This document shows, one piece after another, positions 22,420 through 36,164 of a stretch of DNA of 64,000 nucleotides. Source of the DNA: Eledone cirrhosa. Lineage: Eukaryota. Under the pieces are notes generated by a model. It saw only the letters and a program-made list of their open reading frames with translations. It was not told the DNA's origin and made no database searches. Every line of letters starts with the position of its first letter. Positions within the stretch are counted from its first letter, which is position 1. Both the position numbers and the translations under genes were made by a program. The stretch covers positions 124,496,001-124,560,000 of the forward strand of contig OZ024744.1 of NCBI GenBank assembly GCA_964016885.1, read 5' to 3'.

Positions 22420-22814
22420 CCACTATACAGTGGAAAACTGCCTCTCTTTCGGTTTTAAATGAAGATGGCGGTTTGATCCTTACTATGGACTCAGCAGTCA
22501 ATTGTTGTTCTGCATAGTTCCACAGGTTGGTTACGCCTGGGCAGTGTACAATTGCGTGCAGGACGGTTTCAATGTCCGGCTCGCATCTTGGACACGCCCT
22601 CTTTGAAGGATCCCTGGTTTAGTGTCGATCAATGTTTTAAAGATCGATATCAGCTAACTTGTGAGTTTATTTAGCCATCATTAAGTCCCAGGTTCGATCA
22701 CATCTATGTGAAACTGGGTAGACCGAAACTCTATAGAAGTATGTAATTCAAATGGCCAGTCTTATAACGTTGAATCTCCCTGAGAATTACATATGTAATT
22801 ATAGATTAACTTCT

Positions 22815-22932
22815 AGTGCTGTATCATGACCAAGCTGTTTAGATATTGCTGTAGTATGGCCAGGATATTTAGATGGTGCTGTAGTATGGCCAGGGATATT
22901 AGAATTTGCTGTAGTCTGGCCAGGACACTTGG
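22815..22932. repeat. Short degenerate tandem repeat, ~30-bp unit, about 4 copies
   Basis: tgctgtagtatggccaggatattTagA repeated. Confidence 0.6.
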
Positions 22933-23773
22933 AACATGCGCACTGGATTTCTAAAAAATGGCCGTCAGTTTGTAGGAGTTTCTAATCTTTCCAAAAACTC
23001 TTTGTAAGTGGTATAACAATGGACAAGAGCAGCTTTCCGAAAGGTAACCTAAATTTTTATATTATGTTGATATATTTTTGTAAATCTTTCCCTCTTCGTC
23101 TCCTATGATCTACTATTTATACCGGCCAAGTTGTTCATCTATTCTTCATGAGGCAGACACCCACGTGTTTCAATACATTGCCAATATAACAAAATTCAAC
23201 ATATTTTTTATTAATAAATATGTATCTGGTATAGTTTAAAAATTGTTCCTATTTCTTCCTGGGGTAGTTCCTTTGTCTTTATCAAATCCTTCTGTCGACT
23301 ATTTCTCCCCATCACTGTGTGGATGTCTTCCACTCCAGATTTAACTCACTCCCAATTAGCAATCGAACATGGTGCTTTCGATTGTTGACTTGGGAGAATT
23401 TTCCAAAAGTGAATTCTCAATCATTAGGTGAGAGAGTGACATCTTGGGCAAGTGTCATCATAACCTTCAGTTGACCCATGTCCGGTGAGTGAAATTTAGT
23501 AGACAGAAACTGTCTGGAAGCCTGTAAGATGGACTGTACCTGTAATTCAGTCAGTCTTGTCACATGCTGTGCGAAAATTCAGTATTTCTTCGCATCGTGG
23601 TTACAGTTTTGGACTTACGATCGTAATGTGATAAGTTCGATTCCTGGATAGTGTTCTGGTATTCAGCAAAACACTTCATTTCACGTGGCTCCAGTATAAT
23701 TAGCTGAAAATGAGTACCAGTAGTATCATTAGGTTTTCTCGGGTGTTTTAATGACAAAGTCCACTACAGGTAT

Positions 23774-23809
<36 letters not shown>

Positions 23810-23919
23810 TAGCAGATTTATCCGGGGTTTGAAATTATGCTAAGAATATACAACTAGGAAGTAAAAGAAGAACATTATTTGTCCCCAAACTGTCAAAATA
23901 AGCAGTCTTCAATAAATAA

Positions 23920-24057
23920 TTGTTTCTACTTTAGGCACAAGGCCAGCAATTACCCAGTGCATTACTGGTACTTTATTTTATCGACCCCGTAAGGATGAAA
24001 GGCAAAGTCAACCTCGGCGGGATTTGAACTCAGATCGTAAAGGGACGTAACTATGCT
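23920..24057 (-). mobile_element. SINE (Meta-domain-like family) nested in the Helitron
   Basis: Reverse complement of 2120-2262. Confidence 0.75.
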
Positions 24058-24370
24058 GATAATGAAGAAAAACACTGAACAGGATGTAGTTATACAAATG
24101 ATTAAAGATAATAGACGTTGCAAATCTGTAAAAAAAAAAACAGGCAGTTTTGCTAAAGTACAAAAAATTGTAATGAAAGCAGAGTTGTATACAAACAAAA
24201 AACAATGAGAGTAGAATAAGAGAAAATATATTCTTTGAGAAAATCCTTTGCAGTGTATGGTTAAATTTTGAACTTATAATCCAAAATATCCTGCATGACA
24301 TATTCATTGGTATGTTTTGTAATTAGTAAGGTGAAGCCAAGGCAGAGCTGTAATAAGTTTTTTGTTAACA

Positions 24371-24828
24371 CTAAAGCACTTCAGGATAGACGATATTCTT
24401 TGTTTTTCTTTTCGGAACAAACGCAAAGACATTATCTCTACTGCCAACTCGTGAGCAGGCAACGTAGAATTGTCCGTGCGAAAAGTAAGGCTCATCCAAG
24501 TGAATTCCAGCGACGGACAGAGTTTGACCTTGCGACGTGTTTATGGACATCGCAAAGGCAACAGGAAGGGGAAATTGGGTTCGGCGAAAGGAGAAGGGAG
24601 TATCCACTCCTGATGTAGTCAGGCTAATTTTTGTTATTATCACATCCTCACCTTTTCTACATCCGGATAGAATGGTAGCGTCAATACGAAGTGGAGACAG
24701 TTTTTTAACCACAAGGCGTGTACCATTGCATAGTTTTGGAGGAGTGATATTTCTCAGCAAAATAACTGGTGTTCCCTCCTTCAGAACCAATGTATTAGGA
24801 GGTAAACCAGGAGGATTTAAAGAATTTC
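24371..24828 (-). pseudogene. Helitron RepHel PIF1-like helicase C-terminal fragment
   Basis: PPGLPP..LVLKEGTPVILLRN....LCNGTRL, RTQFPL..AFAMSINTSQGQTL, FSHGQFYVACSRV, TKNIVYPEVL*. Confidence 0.9.
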
Positions 24829-26112
24829 CCGTTGGGGTGATAGAACCCTTTTTGTCACTTCCGGCCGGACCCTATAAAAGGGACAGGTCAGGGCGATCTC
24901 TCTCTCGCCTCCTGAATCCCAAAGTGCTAACAACACCTGCGACCTTGTTATGAGATGATTCCTCTCTCATTTTCCTTCGCCACTCAAGAAGAATGCTACC
25001 GGCAGCCTAAGAAGATGTTAACACCTCCAAGAGAAGATCTCTGTTCTTCTGCACACACTTCAGCCTAGGAGTTGTGACCCACGGGTAATGATTTATTTAT
25101 ATTAATCCCTTTGACTTCTGTGAAGTAAAAACCTTGTCACAACATACACCGGCATTTATTGTCATTTCTAATAATGCATATATGTACACCGATACTAATC
25201 TCCTAAATACGCATTGTTTTCTTCGACCGAGAGATCAAAGTCCGAGAGCCAATATGTGCATACTTTCTTTGGTGAAAAATTGTAAAGTCAAAATGTATGA
25301 ATTGAAGCGTTACAGTAAAATTAAAAATATACTGGCAAAACTTAAAAAATCCTTTGAATAACTACATCCTGTTCAGTATGTTCCTTCATTGTCAAAAACC
25401 TTTGTTGTGTAGGAATACAGCTGGAAGCATAGATAATGTCGGCCTCAAATGTGGACGAAATTACTTTAAAAATGTAAACGTTGTAGGTGCCAATGTTTTG
25501 AATGGAAAGTCCCATAAGTATTGTTCTAAAAATAAACAAACGATCATCAAAATCTCGCCAATTCGAGACTGCTGCGAGATTAGGCTCTTACCGCGAAAAT
25601 TAACACTTAATATCGTGAAACAAGTTAAAACAACAAGTGTTTTTTAACTTTGAAAGTGCAACAAATTTTTTTTTTTTTTATCAACATGGCTTATGAAAGT
25701 AGTGATACCGACTTTGAAGTTTGTACACACGACGACATTCAGAATAAACAAGAAACAAACGATAATATTAGTGATTTATCTTCAAATGAATCTGATGTTT
25801 ATATTTCTGAAATTTCGTCCGACGACGATTGTTGTTTTGAAAGTGAAAACAGTCTCCATATTTCCCCTCTCTCACTCTCTTTATAAGGATTGGTTATCTC
25901 CCTTACATCATGCACTTTAGAAAAAATAATTTTGCTATCGATTTTTTTATTGCTCAACGTGGGTTGATTTGAAAATGTTTGTGATGTGACCATCTTAGCG
26001 ACAGATGCAACGTGCACAGAAAATTTGGTCAAATTCGGTTGGTAATTGTAAAAGCCTTAGGTATCCAAAGTTGTACACAGACACACACATCCTCGCTTTT
26101 ATATATATAGAT

Positions 26113-26582
26113 GACAAAAGAACACCTAACCCTCCCTGCAAGGTAGTCATGCTGGTGACACAACAAAAAGCACCCAGTCCACCCCGTGAGGTAGACATGA
26201 CGGGAGGCCCCTAGCCCACTCTGTAAAGTAGTCATGCTAGTGGCATGACTGAAGGCACCCGAACCACCCTCCAAAGTAGTCAAATTGGTGACATGACAAA
26301 GAGCACCAAGTCTGCTCTCTTAGCTGGTGGTTGTCATTATGATGACACAACAAAAGGCACCGAGTCCACCCTGTAGGTTGGTCATGTTAGTGACACAACA
26401 ATAAATAAACAAGTCCACCCTGTAATTGTGGTTGGTGTTAGGAATGGCACCCAGCTGCAGAGAACAAAAAATGGTTCATGCATGAGCAAGACATAGTCAT
26501 TTGATCTAAGTTTTCACACAACAGGAGGACAACTCATCTGACCCATGTTAGCATGTAAAATGGAGTTTAAATTGTGATGAGG
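26113..26582 (+). mobile_element. RTE 3'UTR/SINE-like fragment with internal subrepeats
   Basis: Repeated gtcatgYtRgtgacacaacaaaaagcacc.agtccacc, then gtgttaggaatggcacccagctg and a degenerate RTE tail. Confidence 0.55.
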
Positions 26583-26623
26583 ATATAATATATGAATATA
26601 CACGTATACATTTTATACACACA

Positions 26624-26675
<52 letters not shown>

Positions 26676-26796
26676 GGAGGTGAGTTTTATTGTAGCACAA
26701 TAAAGCAATGAAAATATCGGATAAGTAGCACTCAACAGTTTATAGGACTGGAGTATAAATAATATAAGATCAAAAGATGGTTAAAAGAGTTCCATT

Positions 26797-26864
26797 TATT
26801 TTATTATGCGCATTTCAAAAACAAATATCATGGGATGATATTTGCGTTCTCATCAGATAAAATA
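26797..26864 (-). ncRNA. Type-I hammerhead ribozyme motif (left arm)
   Basis: TATTTTAT-CTGATGA-long stem II-GAAA-T gcgc A-TA-ATAAAATA. Confidence 0.75.
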
Positions 26865-27506
26865 GGGAGACATGATATGAAGCTTAAAAAACACTTGCGA
26901 GCAGTGAAGTGTTAAATCAACATATTAAAAATAAAATAAGATGGATATATGAGATTGGGAAAAAAAGAAGGAAGGGGGAAGGAAAAGGTAAGGAAGAGGA
27001 AGAAAGAAAATAATAATAAAAAATATATATAATAAGGAAAGGATGACGGAGGAGGAGAATAAGAAGAAAGGATGAGAGAGGAGGAGAAATGAGTGAGAGA
27101 GAGAGAGATATAACCTTTAATACTGAGAAATAAAAAAAAACCGTTGTAAGATAATACATAATTTAAAAAAATTTTGAAATTAAAAGTTAATGAGGTTTAT
27201 GAATGGTGATGTTTATGATTAAAGAAAAAGGAATTAAGAATAGTATTTATTTAAGGTTTATATATTGAAGGGTTTAATAATATGTGCGAAATCGAATTTA
27301 TTAAAATGTATTATTAAAATAAAAAATATTAAGGAGATAAGGTGAATGAAGAAAAGGTTAAATGAATTATGAACTTAGAGGAATTAGTTAGGGTCCAAGT
27401 TTGTTTCTATGTATTGTAATAGGAAAAAGTAAATAATAGGTTTAATACGAGCACGGAAGGAGAGAAGAAAGAAGAAAATTCAAGGAAGAAAAAATATATA
27501 CCGTCA

Positions 27507-27537
<31 letters not shown>

Positions 27538-29106
27538 CATGTTTACAAAATTCACTAATGGTAATATTAGTATATATTAAAAATAAAATTTGTATGGCCA
27601 AGAATATAAGGAAAATGCTATAGTGAGTTATAATATGAATTAAGAAGTAATTGAGAAGTAAAAGTTACAGATTAAAGATTAGAAATTAAAAAAGAAAAAA
27701 GGATAACAAAGAAGAAAAATAGGGGACCGCTAACGACATAGAATGAGTAAATTGTATAATATAATATACTGAAATAAGGTAGAAAGATGGGTATATTTGT
27801 AAAAGATATAAAAGCGTTTGAGAAAAGAAGATTTTAAACTAATTAGGTAGTAAGATATTAGCTGTATACTTTATGGAAAGTTCTATGGGATTTATGCAAG
27901 CAGAGCGAAAATAAATCCGTACGTCTATTTATTATAGAATTAAAATTAGAGATAATGGTACATTTCTCGGCTAGGCAGAGATTACATGTTCTGGATAGGG
28001 AAGAATTCTGGTAAGGAGAGGCGTTGCAAACCTTCCTCCAAGAAATGTTGTAGTTAATATTTTTGTCCTTTAAGGACCATATGAGTTCTGAGAGTGCCGT
28101 GTTAGTTCTTTTAAGTTGGTATTTAAAAGACGAATTGTGATTATAAAATCTTGCTTTAAAGGAAGTGGAAGTGGAACCAAAATAGGTAAAAGAAGGTTCG
28201 TTCTAATTCGTTCTAACTTAAATTTATGGATTGGTACATCTGATGTAATTAACTGGTTCAATTAGCTGAACAATAAAAAGAAACAAAAATGTATTCAGTT
28301 TGACATTGCCAGTTACTATTCTTCTATTTCGCCTTCACTCCTCAACAACGCTCTATCTTTCGCATTTAAATATTCTGACATTACCACATATGAACTTTAC
28401 ATCATTCTCACCGCAAGAAAAAACTATCCTGGAATTCAACAACGAATATTGGACTAAAGCTGATACTTCCAACAATTTTGATATCACAATGGGTTCGTCG
28501 GATTCAGCGCAATTGACGGACTTGATTGGTATTATTTTGAATTCTTTAAATCGGAAAATTCATCAACTTCGCGGTGGAATTTATCGTGACGATGCTCTTT
28601 TTACTGTCTTAAACTGTAACTTAGTTAACCTTAATATTATTAAGAATAATATACTTGATCTATTTAAGCACCATAACCTAAAAATTGAATTTGAAAACAG
28701 CGTCAAACTAGCCTATATTACCCTTACCATAAAGACAATGAGAATCTAAATTATGTTAATTTTAAATCTAACCACACCATTAACATTAAAAATGTTATAG
28801 TCAGTAATGTTGAAAAAAGAATCTCAAATCTATTCTCTAATAAAGTTATCTTCGACGCTAAAGCCAATTATTATAATAATGCGCTTTCCAAAGCCGGTTA
28901 TCATGACAAAATTAAATACAGTAAAGAAACCAATCATCGAGGGACTTATAGTAAAATAGTTAGTTATGAACATTCCAATAACTTAAAGAAAAGATCTAGA
29001 TACAAAAATATGATTTGATACAACGCTCCTTTTTCTCTATCTATTACTAGTAATATTCCTAAACTATTTTTTAGGGCCTTAGATAAATGCTTCCCTCCCT
29101 CGCATA

Positions 29107-29856
29107 TCTATAGTAAGATCTTTAACAAACATACAATTAAATTCTCTTATTCCACCACTTCCAACATCTCTAACATTATCTTTAAACACAGTAATAAAAT
29201 ATTAAATAATAAATTATATCCATCCAACACTGAGCGTCATAATAATAGCAATAGTAAACCCGACGTCAATGTTAACTCTAGGCTAGATTCCGTAAATTTA
29301 AATACGACGTCAAACGTAACTTTGTAACACCAATCTAAATCAGGAAACTTTAGCACCTATCGTAAATAATTTCTACAATCCAATTCCTTCTATAAAGGTC
29401 ACTTGTTAATAACTCTGGTAATTTCTCTAATCGTAATTGTAATTGCCCTGTTAGAACTAAATGTCCTCTTAGTAACCAATGTCTATAGTAAGATCTTTAA
29501 CAAACATACAATTAAATTCTCTTATTCCACCACTTCCAACATCTCTAACATTATCTTTAAACACAGTAATAAAATATTAAATAATAAATTATATCCATCC
29601 AACACTGAGCGTCATAATAATAGCAATAGTAAACCCGACGTCAATGTTAACTCTAGGCTAGATTCCGTAAATTTAAATACGACGTCAAACGTAACTTCAT
29701 AACACCAATCTAAATCAGGAAACTTTAGCACCTATCGTAAATAATTTCTACAATCCAATTCCTTCTATAAAGGTCACTTGTTAATAACTCTGGTAATTTC
29801 TCTAATCGTAATTGTAATTGCCCTGTTAGAACTAAATGTCCTCTTAGTAACCAATG
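29107..29856 (+). repeat. 375-bp tandem duplication inside the PLE
   Basis: 29107-29481 is nearly identical to 29482-29856. Confidence 0.9.
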
Positions 29857-30547
29857 CCTTGATTAAAATTTAGTGTATGAATGTAAGGTACTAATTCTTT
29901 TACCTATTTTGGTTCCACTTCCACTTCCTTTAAAGCAAGATTTTATAATCACAATTCGTCTTTTAAATACCAACTTAAAAGAACTAACACGGCACTCTCA
30001 GAACTCATATGGTCCTTAAAGGACAAAAATATTAACTACAACATTTCTTGGAGGAAGGTTTGCAACGCCTCTCCTTACCAGAATTCTTCCCTATCCAGAA
30101 CATGTAATCTCTGCCTAGCCGAGAAATGTACCATTATCTCTAATTTTAATTCTATAATAAATAGACGTACGGATTTATTTTCGCTCTGCTTGCATAAATC
30201 CCATAGAACTTTCCATAAAGTATACAGCTAATATCTTACTACCTAATTAGTTTAAAATCTTCTTTTCTCAAACGCTTTTATATCTTTTACAAATATACCC
30301 ATATTTCTACCTTATTTCAGTATATTATATTATACAATTTACTCATTCTATGTCGTTAGCGGTCCCCTATTTTCTTCTTTGTTATCCTTTTTTCTTTATT
30401 AATTTCTAGTCTTTAATCTGTAACTTTTACTTCTCAATTACTTCTTAATTCATATTATAACTCACTATAGCATTTTCCTTATATTCTTGGCCATACAAAT
30501 TTTATTTTTAATATATACTAATATTACCATTAGTAAATTTTGTAAAC

Positions 30548-30624
<77 letters not shown>

Positions 30625-31270
30625 TTGACGGTATATATTTTTTCTTCCTTGAATTTTCTTCTTTCTTCTCTCTTTCCGTGCTCGTATTAAACCTATTATT
30701 TACTTTTTCCTATTACAATACATAGAAACAAACTTGGACCCTAACTAATTCCTCTAAGTTCATAATTCATTTAACCTTTTCTTCATTCACCTTATCTCCT
30801 TAATATTTTTTATTTTAATAATACATTTTAATAAATTCGATTTCGCACATATTATTAAACCCTTCAATATATAAACCTTAAATAAATACTATTCTTAATT
30901 CCTTTTTCTTTAATCATAAACATCACCATTCATAAACCTCATTAACTTTTAATTTAAATTTTTTTTTTAATTATGTATTATCTTACAACGGTTTTTTTCT
31001 GTGAGACAGTGTTTCTCAGTATTAAAGGTTATCTCTCTCTCACTCATTTCTCCTCCTCTCTCATCCTTTCTTCTTATACTCCTCCTCCGTCATCCTTTCC
31101 TTATTATATATTTTTTTCTTATTATTTTCTTTCTTCCTCTTCCTTACCTTTTCCTTCCCCCTTCCTTCTTTTTTTCCCAATCTCATATATCCATCTTATT
31201 TTATTTTTCATATGTTGATTTAACACTTCACTGCTCGCAAGTGTTTTTTAAGCTTCATATCATGTCTCCC

Positions 31271-31341
31271 TATTTTATCTGATGAAAACGCAAATATCAT
31301 CCCATGATGATATTTGTTTTTGAAATGCGCATAATAAAATA
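31271..31341 (+). ncRNA. Type-I hammerhead ribozyme motif (right arm)
   Basis: TATTTTAT-CTGATGA-AAACGCAAATATCATC..GATGATATTTGTTTTT-GAAA-TGCGCA-TA-ATAAAATA. Confidence 0.75.
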
Positions 31342-31367
31342 AATGGAACTCTTTTAACCATCTTTTG

Positions 31368-31483
<116 letters not shown>

Positions 31484-31767
31484 GAGAGGGCAGTTGTAAT
31501 GGATAATATCGCTGCTATTTCTAGCAGTTAGAGAGACTACGTAGAGGTTTTCTTATAGAAATAAAATTGATATTTTCTGATTTACAATAAATTAAATACG
31601 ATTGGAACTGCGTGTGAAGGTATTAAATTATATCAGGGACTTTTAATGTATGGCACCGGTACGAGAGTTGCAACATTCCCAACGACACCGCGTTCCTGCT
31701 GTCTTCATTGTAACTTTAATTAATCTAATTATATCTTGTGTAACAATTATATATATATATATATATA

Positions 31768-32338
31768 GGCATACGTCAAGACGGGCGGTCTCAAAAGTGA
31801 AAGTAAATTTATTTTCATTTTCGAACGTCCTGTTTACATTTTGTGTGTGTGTTTAGATCTAAATTAGTGTCGTTTTAACTGATTATATATATATGTATAT
31901 ATGTGTGTGTGTGTAGTTGACGGTTGAGAGAACAGTACTCAATACCGAAGTAATCTTATAATGAGGCTTGCAGAATGGTGAGTCCGCCATTCTAGACGCT
32001 GCTGCCTTGCAGAAGTCCCAAATCGAAGCTCTGACACTCTCGTCCTCATCATTCAGCAGGGATTTTGCCAGGCAGCCGCATCATCTCCGATGGTTGGGCT
32101 TCCTATTCGGAAATTGAAGGTGGGATTTACGTTCATGACGTTGTGGTGCACGAACGGAACTTTGTAGATCCTGCGGACCTTGATGTGCACACACAGCTCA
32201 TAAAGAACACATGGAGCCGTGCAAAGAAGAAGCTTCGTCGCCAGCATGTTTCGTTTGAACACACACACAAAATGTAAACACGACGTTCGAAAATGAAAAT
32301 AAATTTACTTTCACTTTTGATACCGCCGGTCTTGACGT

Positions 32339-32343
<5 letters not shown>
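31768..32343 (+). mobile_element. Merlin (IS1595/ISXO2-like) DNA transposon, internally deleted
   Basis: ~87-bp terminal inverted repeats start GGCATACG. The internal frame PGSRIISDGWASY...VVHERNFVDP...HTQLIKNTWSRAKKKL is typical of the ISXO2-like DDE domain. Inserted in (TA)n. Confidence 0.85.
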
Positions 32344-32388
<45 letters not shown>

Positions 32389-32685
32389 AAATTTTAATAA
32401 AAACTAACAACACAACACATTGATTATATCTGAAGGAGGTAAGTTGACAAAGATTTATTTAATGTCTATATAAATGTATGTAAATAATATAATTATGTGA
32501 ACCCTACAACGACCCAGTAATTATATACAAGTGAAAATATATATAACAACATTGGAAAAATATATTTCTTCCTCCACTTTTATATATAGAAAAAAAACTT
32601 CCAAACTGAAATGTTGATGTGATATTTTTCAATCATCAGATTCCACTGTTACATGTGATATAAAATATATTGTTATCATGACTGT

Positions 32686-32861
32686 CTTGGCAATATCAGT
32701 AGAGAGTCGGACGCCATGCTTTCCAGCATAGTTACGTCCCTTTACGATCTGAGTTCAAATCCCGCCGAGGTTAACTTTGCCTTTCATCCTTACGGGATTG
32801 ATAAAATAAAGTACCAGTAATGTACTGGGTAATTGCTGGCCTTGTGCCAAAAGTAGAAACA
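32686..32861 (+). mobile_element. SINE (Meta-domain-like family)
   Basis: Near copy of 2088-2262. Confidence 0.8.
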
Positions 32862-33013
32862 ATTATTTAAAATACCTCCGTCTATATTTTAACCACTGGA
32901 ACAACCTCAAACAAGAAACAGTTGTCGCACCCTCAGTCAACATTTTAATGTCATAAATTGAAATATATGTTATGAGTGTATATAGATAGATGTATGTTGT
33001 GTGTGTATATATA

Positions 33014-33592
33014 CAGCAATCCCCCGCTATATCGCGGTTCACTTTTCGCGGTCCCGTTACATCGCGGATATTTCTTTGGAACGTATCTAATTTCCTATCG
33101 CGGTAATCCTCGCTACATCGCGGATTTTTCGTTAGAACATATCTTATCGCGGTACGTCTGAATAAAAAGAGTTGAAAATTTAAACTTATTAAATAAGTTT
33201 CAATGTTATTAAAGTGTATATCGTAAGGAAGGGACATCTTAAGGCTTTAATTATGAAAAGAAATGTTTATATTTTTCATTCCATTACTGTTTTACTGATT
33301 GTGTTTTGCTCTAATCTACTACAAACCCTTCATAGATTGACGGGAAATGTGCAGTGTATTACCAAGTGGCTACCGTGGCTGGCAATAGTCCTCATTGGTA
33401 ACTAGTGGTATGATAGTTGGTGGTAGTTTCTATACGATCGTTACTGGCTGTTGTTGGTGTTTAAATACAAAAGTGTGTTTTAATGAGTTTATATGTACTT
33501 AAAGCATGTATGAGAGGTATTTTAAGGCTTAAACTATGAAAACAACAGTTGTCTTTATGGTCTCTCTGTATCACAGTTGGTTCTGGAACGTA
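33014..33592 (+). mobile_element. Tigger/pogo-like non-autonomous DNA element, right end lost
   Basis: TA|CAGCAATCCCCCGCTATATCGCGGTTC terminus with repeated ATCGCGG motifs; ends at tggaacgtaac where a SINE begins. Confidence 0.5.
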
Positions 33593-33782
33593 ACATGGCT
33601 TAGTTGGTTAGAACATTGGGCTTACAATTAAAAGGTGGTGAGTTTGAGTCTCGGACCGTGTGATGTGTTGTGACCTTGAGCAAGACACTCTATTTCACGT
33701 TGCTCCAGTTTACTCAGTTGTAGAAATGAGTTGTAATGTCACTGGTGCCAAGCTGTATCGGCATAGCCTTTCTCTTGGACAT
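33593..33782 (+). mobile_element. tRNA-derived SINE with CORE-like segment
   Basis: Homologous to 2895-3035, then continues into the body segment also seen at 36165-36512. Confidence 0.7.
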
Positions 33783-33939
33783 ATATATATAGTGTATATA
33801 TACTGTATAATATATATAGTGTATAATATATACTGTACACAATGTATATATAATATATATATAGTGTATATATACTGTACATAGTGTATATATATGTTGT
33901 GATGTCACTGGTGCCAAGTTGTATCGGCCATTGTTTACA

Positions 33940-35830
33940 ACCATAACTGTTGTCCGTCACCTTTATTAAGTTATTTTTTAGGAACTCCCAGTGCTCTTCT
34001 ACATTGAATGTCTCTATCTGTTCTTCTTTACTGTCATAGGCATCGAGTAACTGGCTGAGGGTTCTTTCAGCTTCCAGATCTTTCTTCTCCATGTTGCCTT
34101 CTGTTTCCAAGTTCTTCTAGTTCTGACAATGAGGTCGCTGACAACTAAGTTATGTTGGGAGGTACATTCCTCACAGGGAAGGCTTTTTACAACTGTCCAT
34201 GTATCTTGTCCTCTGATAAGGATAAAATCTATCTGACTAGAATGCTCCCCTGATCTACAGGTGATCAGATGGTTGTCGGATTTTTGGAGGTTTGTGATAC
34301 ATATCGTCACAGAATTCTAGAAGCCTAGAGCCTTCTTCATTTCTTGTGCCAATCCCGTAACCTCCATGGACTTTATAGAAGCTGTCACAGTTAAAGTCCC
34401 CTGCAATGTTTATGAAGTCATTGTTGTTTGTTATGGCAGTAGTGTGCATTAAGGACTCATAATACTTATTCATAAGTTCGTCTGGCACCCTGATTGGGGT
34501 GCGTAAGCTGATATGATTGTAGCAATTGTTTTATTCAGGACTAGTCTGAGTTTAATGATTCTTGTGTTCACCCTGTTCACTGAGATTACCTTATCTACCC
34601 ATTTGTCAGTTAATCGTATACCTATACCTCCCATCCCGTTGTCATTTCCCACTCAGAAAAATTCATAGCACTGACTTTTGCTTATAAGGACTCTAGCAGA
34701 CTCTCCTCTCCACCTAGTCTCTTGCACACAGCATACGATAATTTCCTTTCACTCTAGCATCTCTATAATTTCTCCTGCTCTTCCTTTCATTGTGCTTACG
34801 TTGATGGTTCAAACTCAGAGTTTTGGGCATTCGTAAGAAAGGGTGAATTTTTGCGGGGGAGTGTGTATGCTTCCAGTCTCCGAATTAAAGCTTCGTATGG
34901 GTGTTTGGTAAATCACGGATTCATATTCATTTATTTATTCGGGGTTGTTCCATTTATCCTTCGCTCCTCCATAGATAACGGTAAACAAGAATTCTTTGGT
35001 GCAGGACTTGAAGGACAGTAGTAGTAATGGCAGAGTTTGTTGGGGCTAGTAAGGTCTAGAAGGACAGTAGTAGTAATGGCAGAGTTTGTTGGGGCTGATA
35101 AGGTCTAGAAGGACAGTAGTAGTAATGGCAGAGTTTGTTGGGGCTAGTAAGGTCTAGAAGGACAGTAGTAGTAATGGCAGAGTTTGTTGGGGCTGATAAG
35201 GTCTAAAAGGACAGTAGTAGTAATGGCAGAGTTTGTTGGGGCTGGTAAGGTCTAGAAGGACAGTAGTAGTAATGGCAGAGTTTGTTGGGGCTAGTAAGGT
35301 CTAGAAGGACAGTAGTAGTAATGGTAGAGTTTGTTGGGGCTAGTAAGGTCTAGGACAGTAGTAGCAATGGCAGAGTTTGTTGGGCTGATAAGATCTAGAA
35401 GGATAGTAGTAGTAATGGCAGAGTTTGTTGGGGCTGGTAATGTCTAGAAGGACAGTAGTAGTAATGGTAGAGTTTGTTGGGGCTGGTAAGGTCTAGAAGA
35501 ACAGTAGTAGTAATGGTAGAGTTTGTTGGGGCTGGTAAGGTCTAGAAGGACAGTAGTAGTAATGGTAGAGTTTGTTGGGGCTAGTAAGGTCTAGAAGGAC
35601 AGTAGTAGCAATGGCAGAGTTTGTTGGGGCTGGTAAGGTCTAGAAGGACTAGTAGTAATGGCAAAGTTTGTTGGGGCTGGTAAGGGCGAGAAGGACAGTA
35701 GTAGTAATGGCAGAGTTTGTTGGGGCTGGTAATGGGTAAGGACATGTTGCTGCTGAGGTTTGATTAGTCAAATAGCCAATGGTGGTGAGTGGGAAATTGT
35801 GAGATAGGTAGCCATCATGACATATATCAT
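33940..35830 (-). mobile_element. RTE-clade LINE 5' half (5'UTR plus decayed endonuclease), related to 6640-10040
   Basis: Fragments 34470-34652, 34255-34488 and 34014-34310 match the APE domain. 35750-35810 matches the 5'UTR at 6695-6765. Confidence 0.85.
35010..35731. repeat. 49-bp minisatellite, ~14.7 copies
   Basis: Unit gaaggacagtagtagtaatggcagagtttgttggggctRgtaaggtcta. Confidence 0.95.
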
Positions 35831-36164
35831 CACAGGAGATTCGGGGGAAATAAGCAGATATAAGTAGGCATATTAGACAAGGCAAGTATGCAAGAATTTC
35901 GAAGATGGTCACCTAACTTCGTAAACACCGAAATGAATGACTGAGAGAAAGGGAAGGTAATGGCGGGGGTTAGGGATGAGTTTGTAGAGAAAGACACAAT
36001 GTCCAAAATTGTTTATATCAAAAAGAAGGTCGAAGTATATACGTTGTGGAAACAAGTGAATGATAATAATAATAATGTAAACAGAACATTTTGAAATTGG
36101 GGAAGAGAGATAGCTGTAGAATAGAAATAATCTATGGATGTTTGGGATATAAGTTATATATAAA

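Larger units (their letters stand above)
23809..26111 (-). mobile_element. Non-autonomous Helitron with both termini
   Basis: On the minus strand it begins a|TCTATATATATAAAAGCGAG at 26111 and ends ccccggataaatctgCTAG|t at 23809 (A|T insertion, no TSD). It carries a helicase fragment in the same orientation. Confidence 0.75.
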
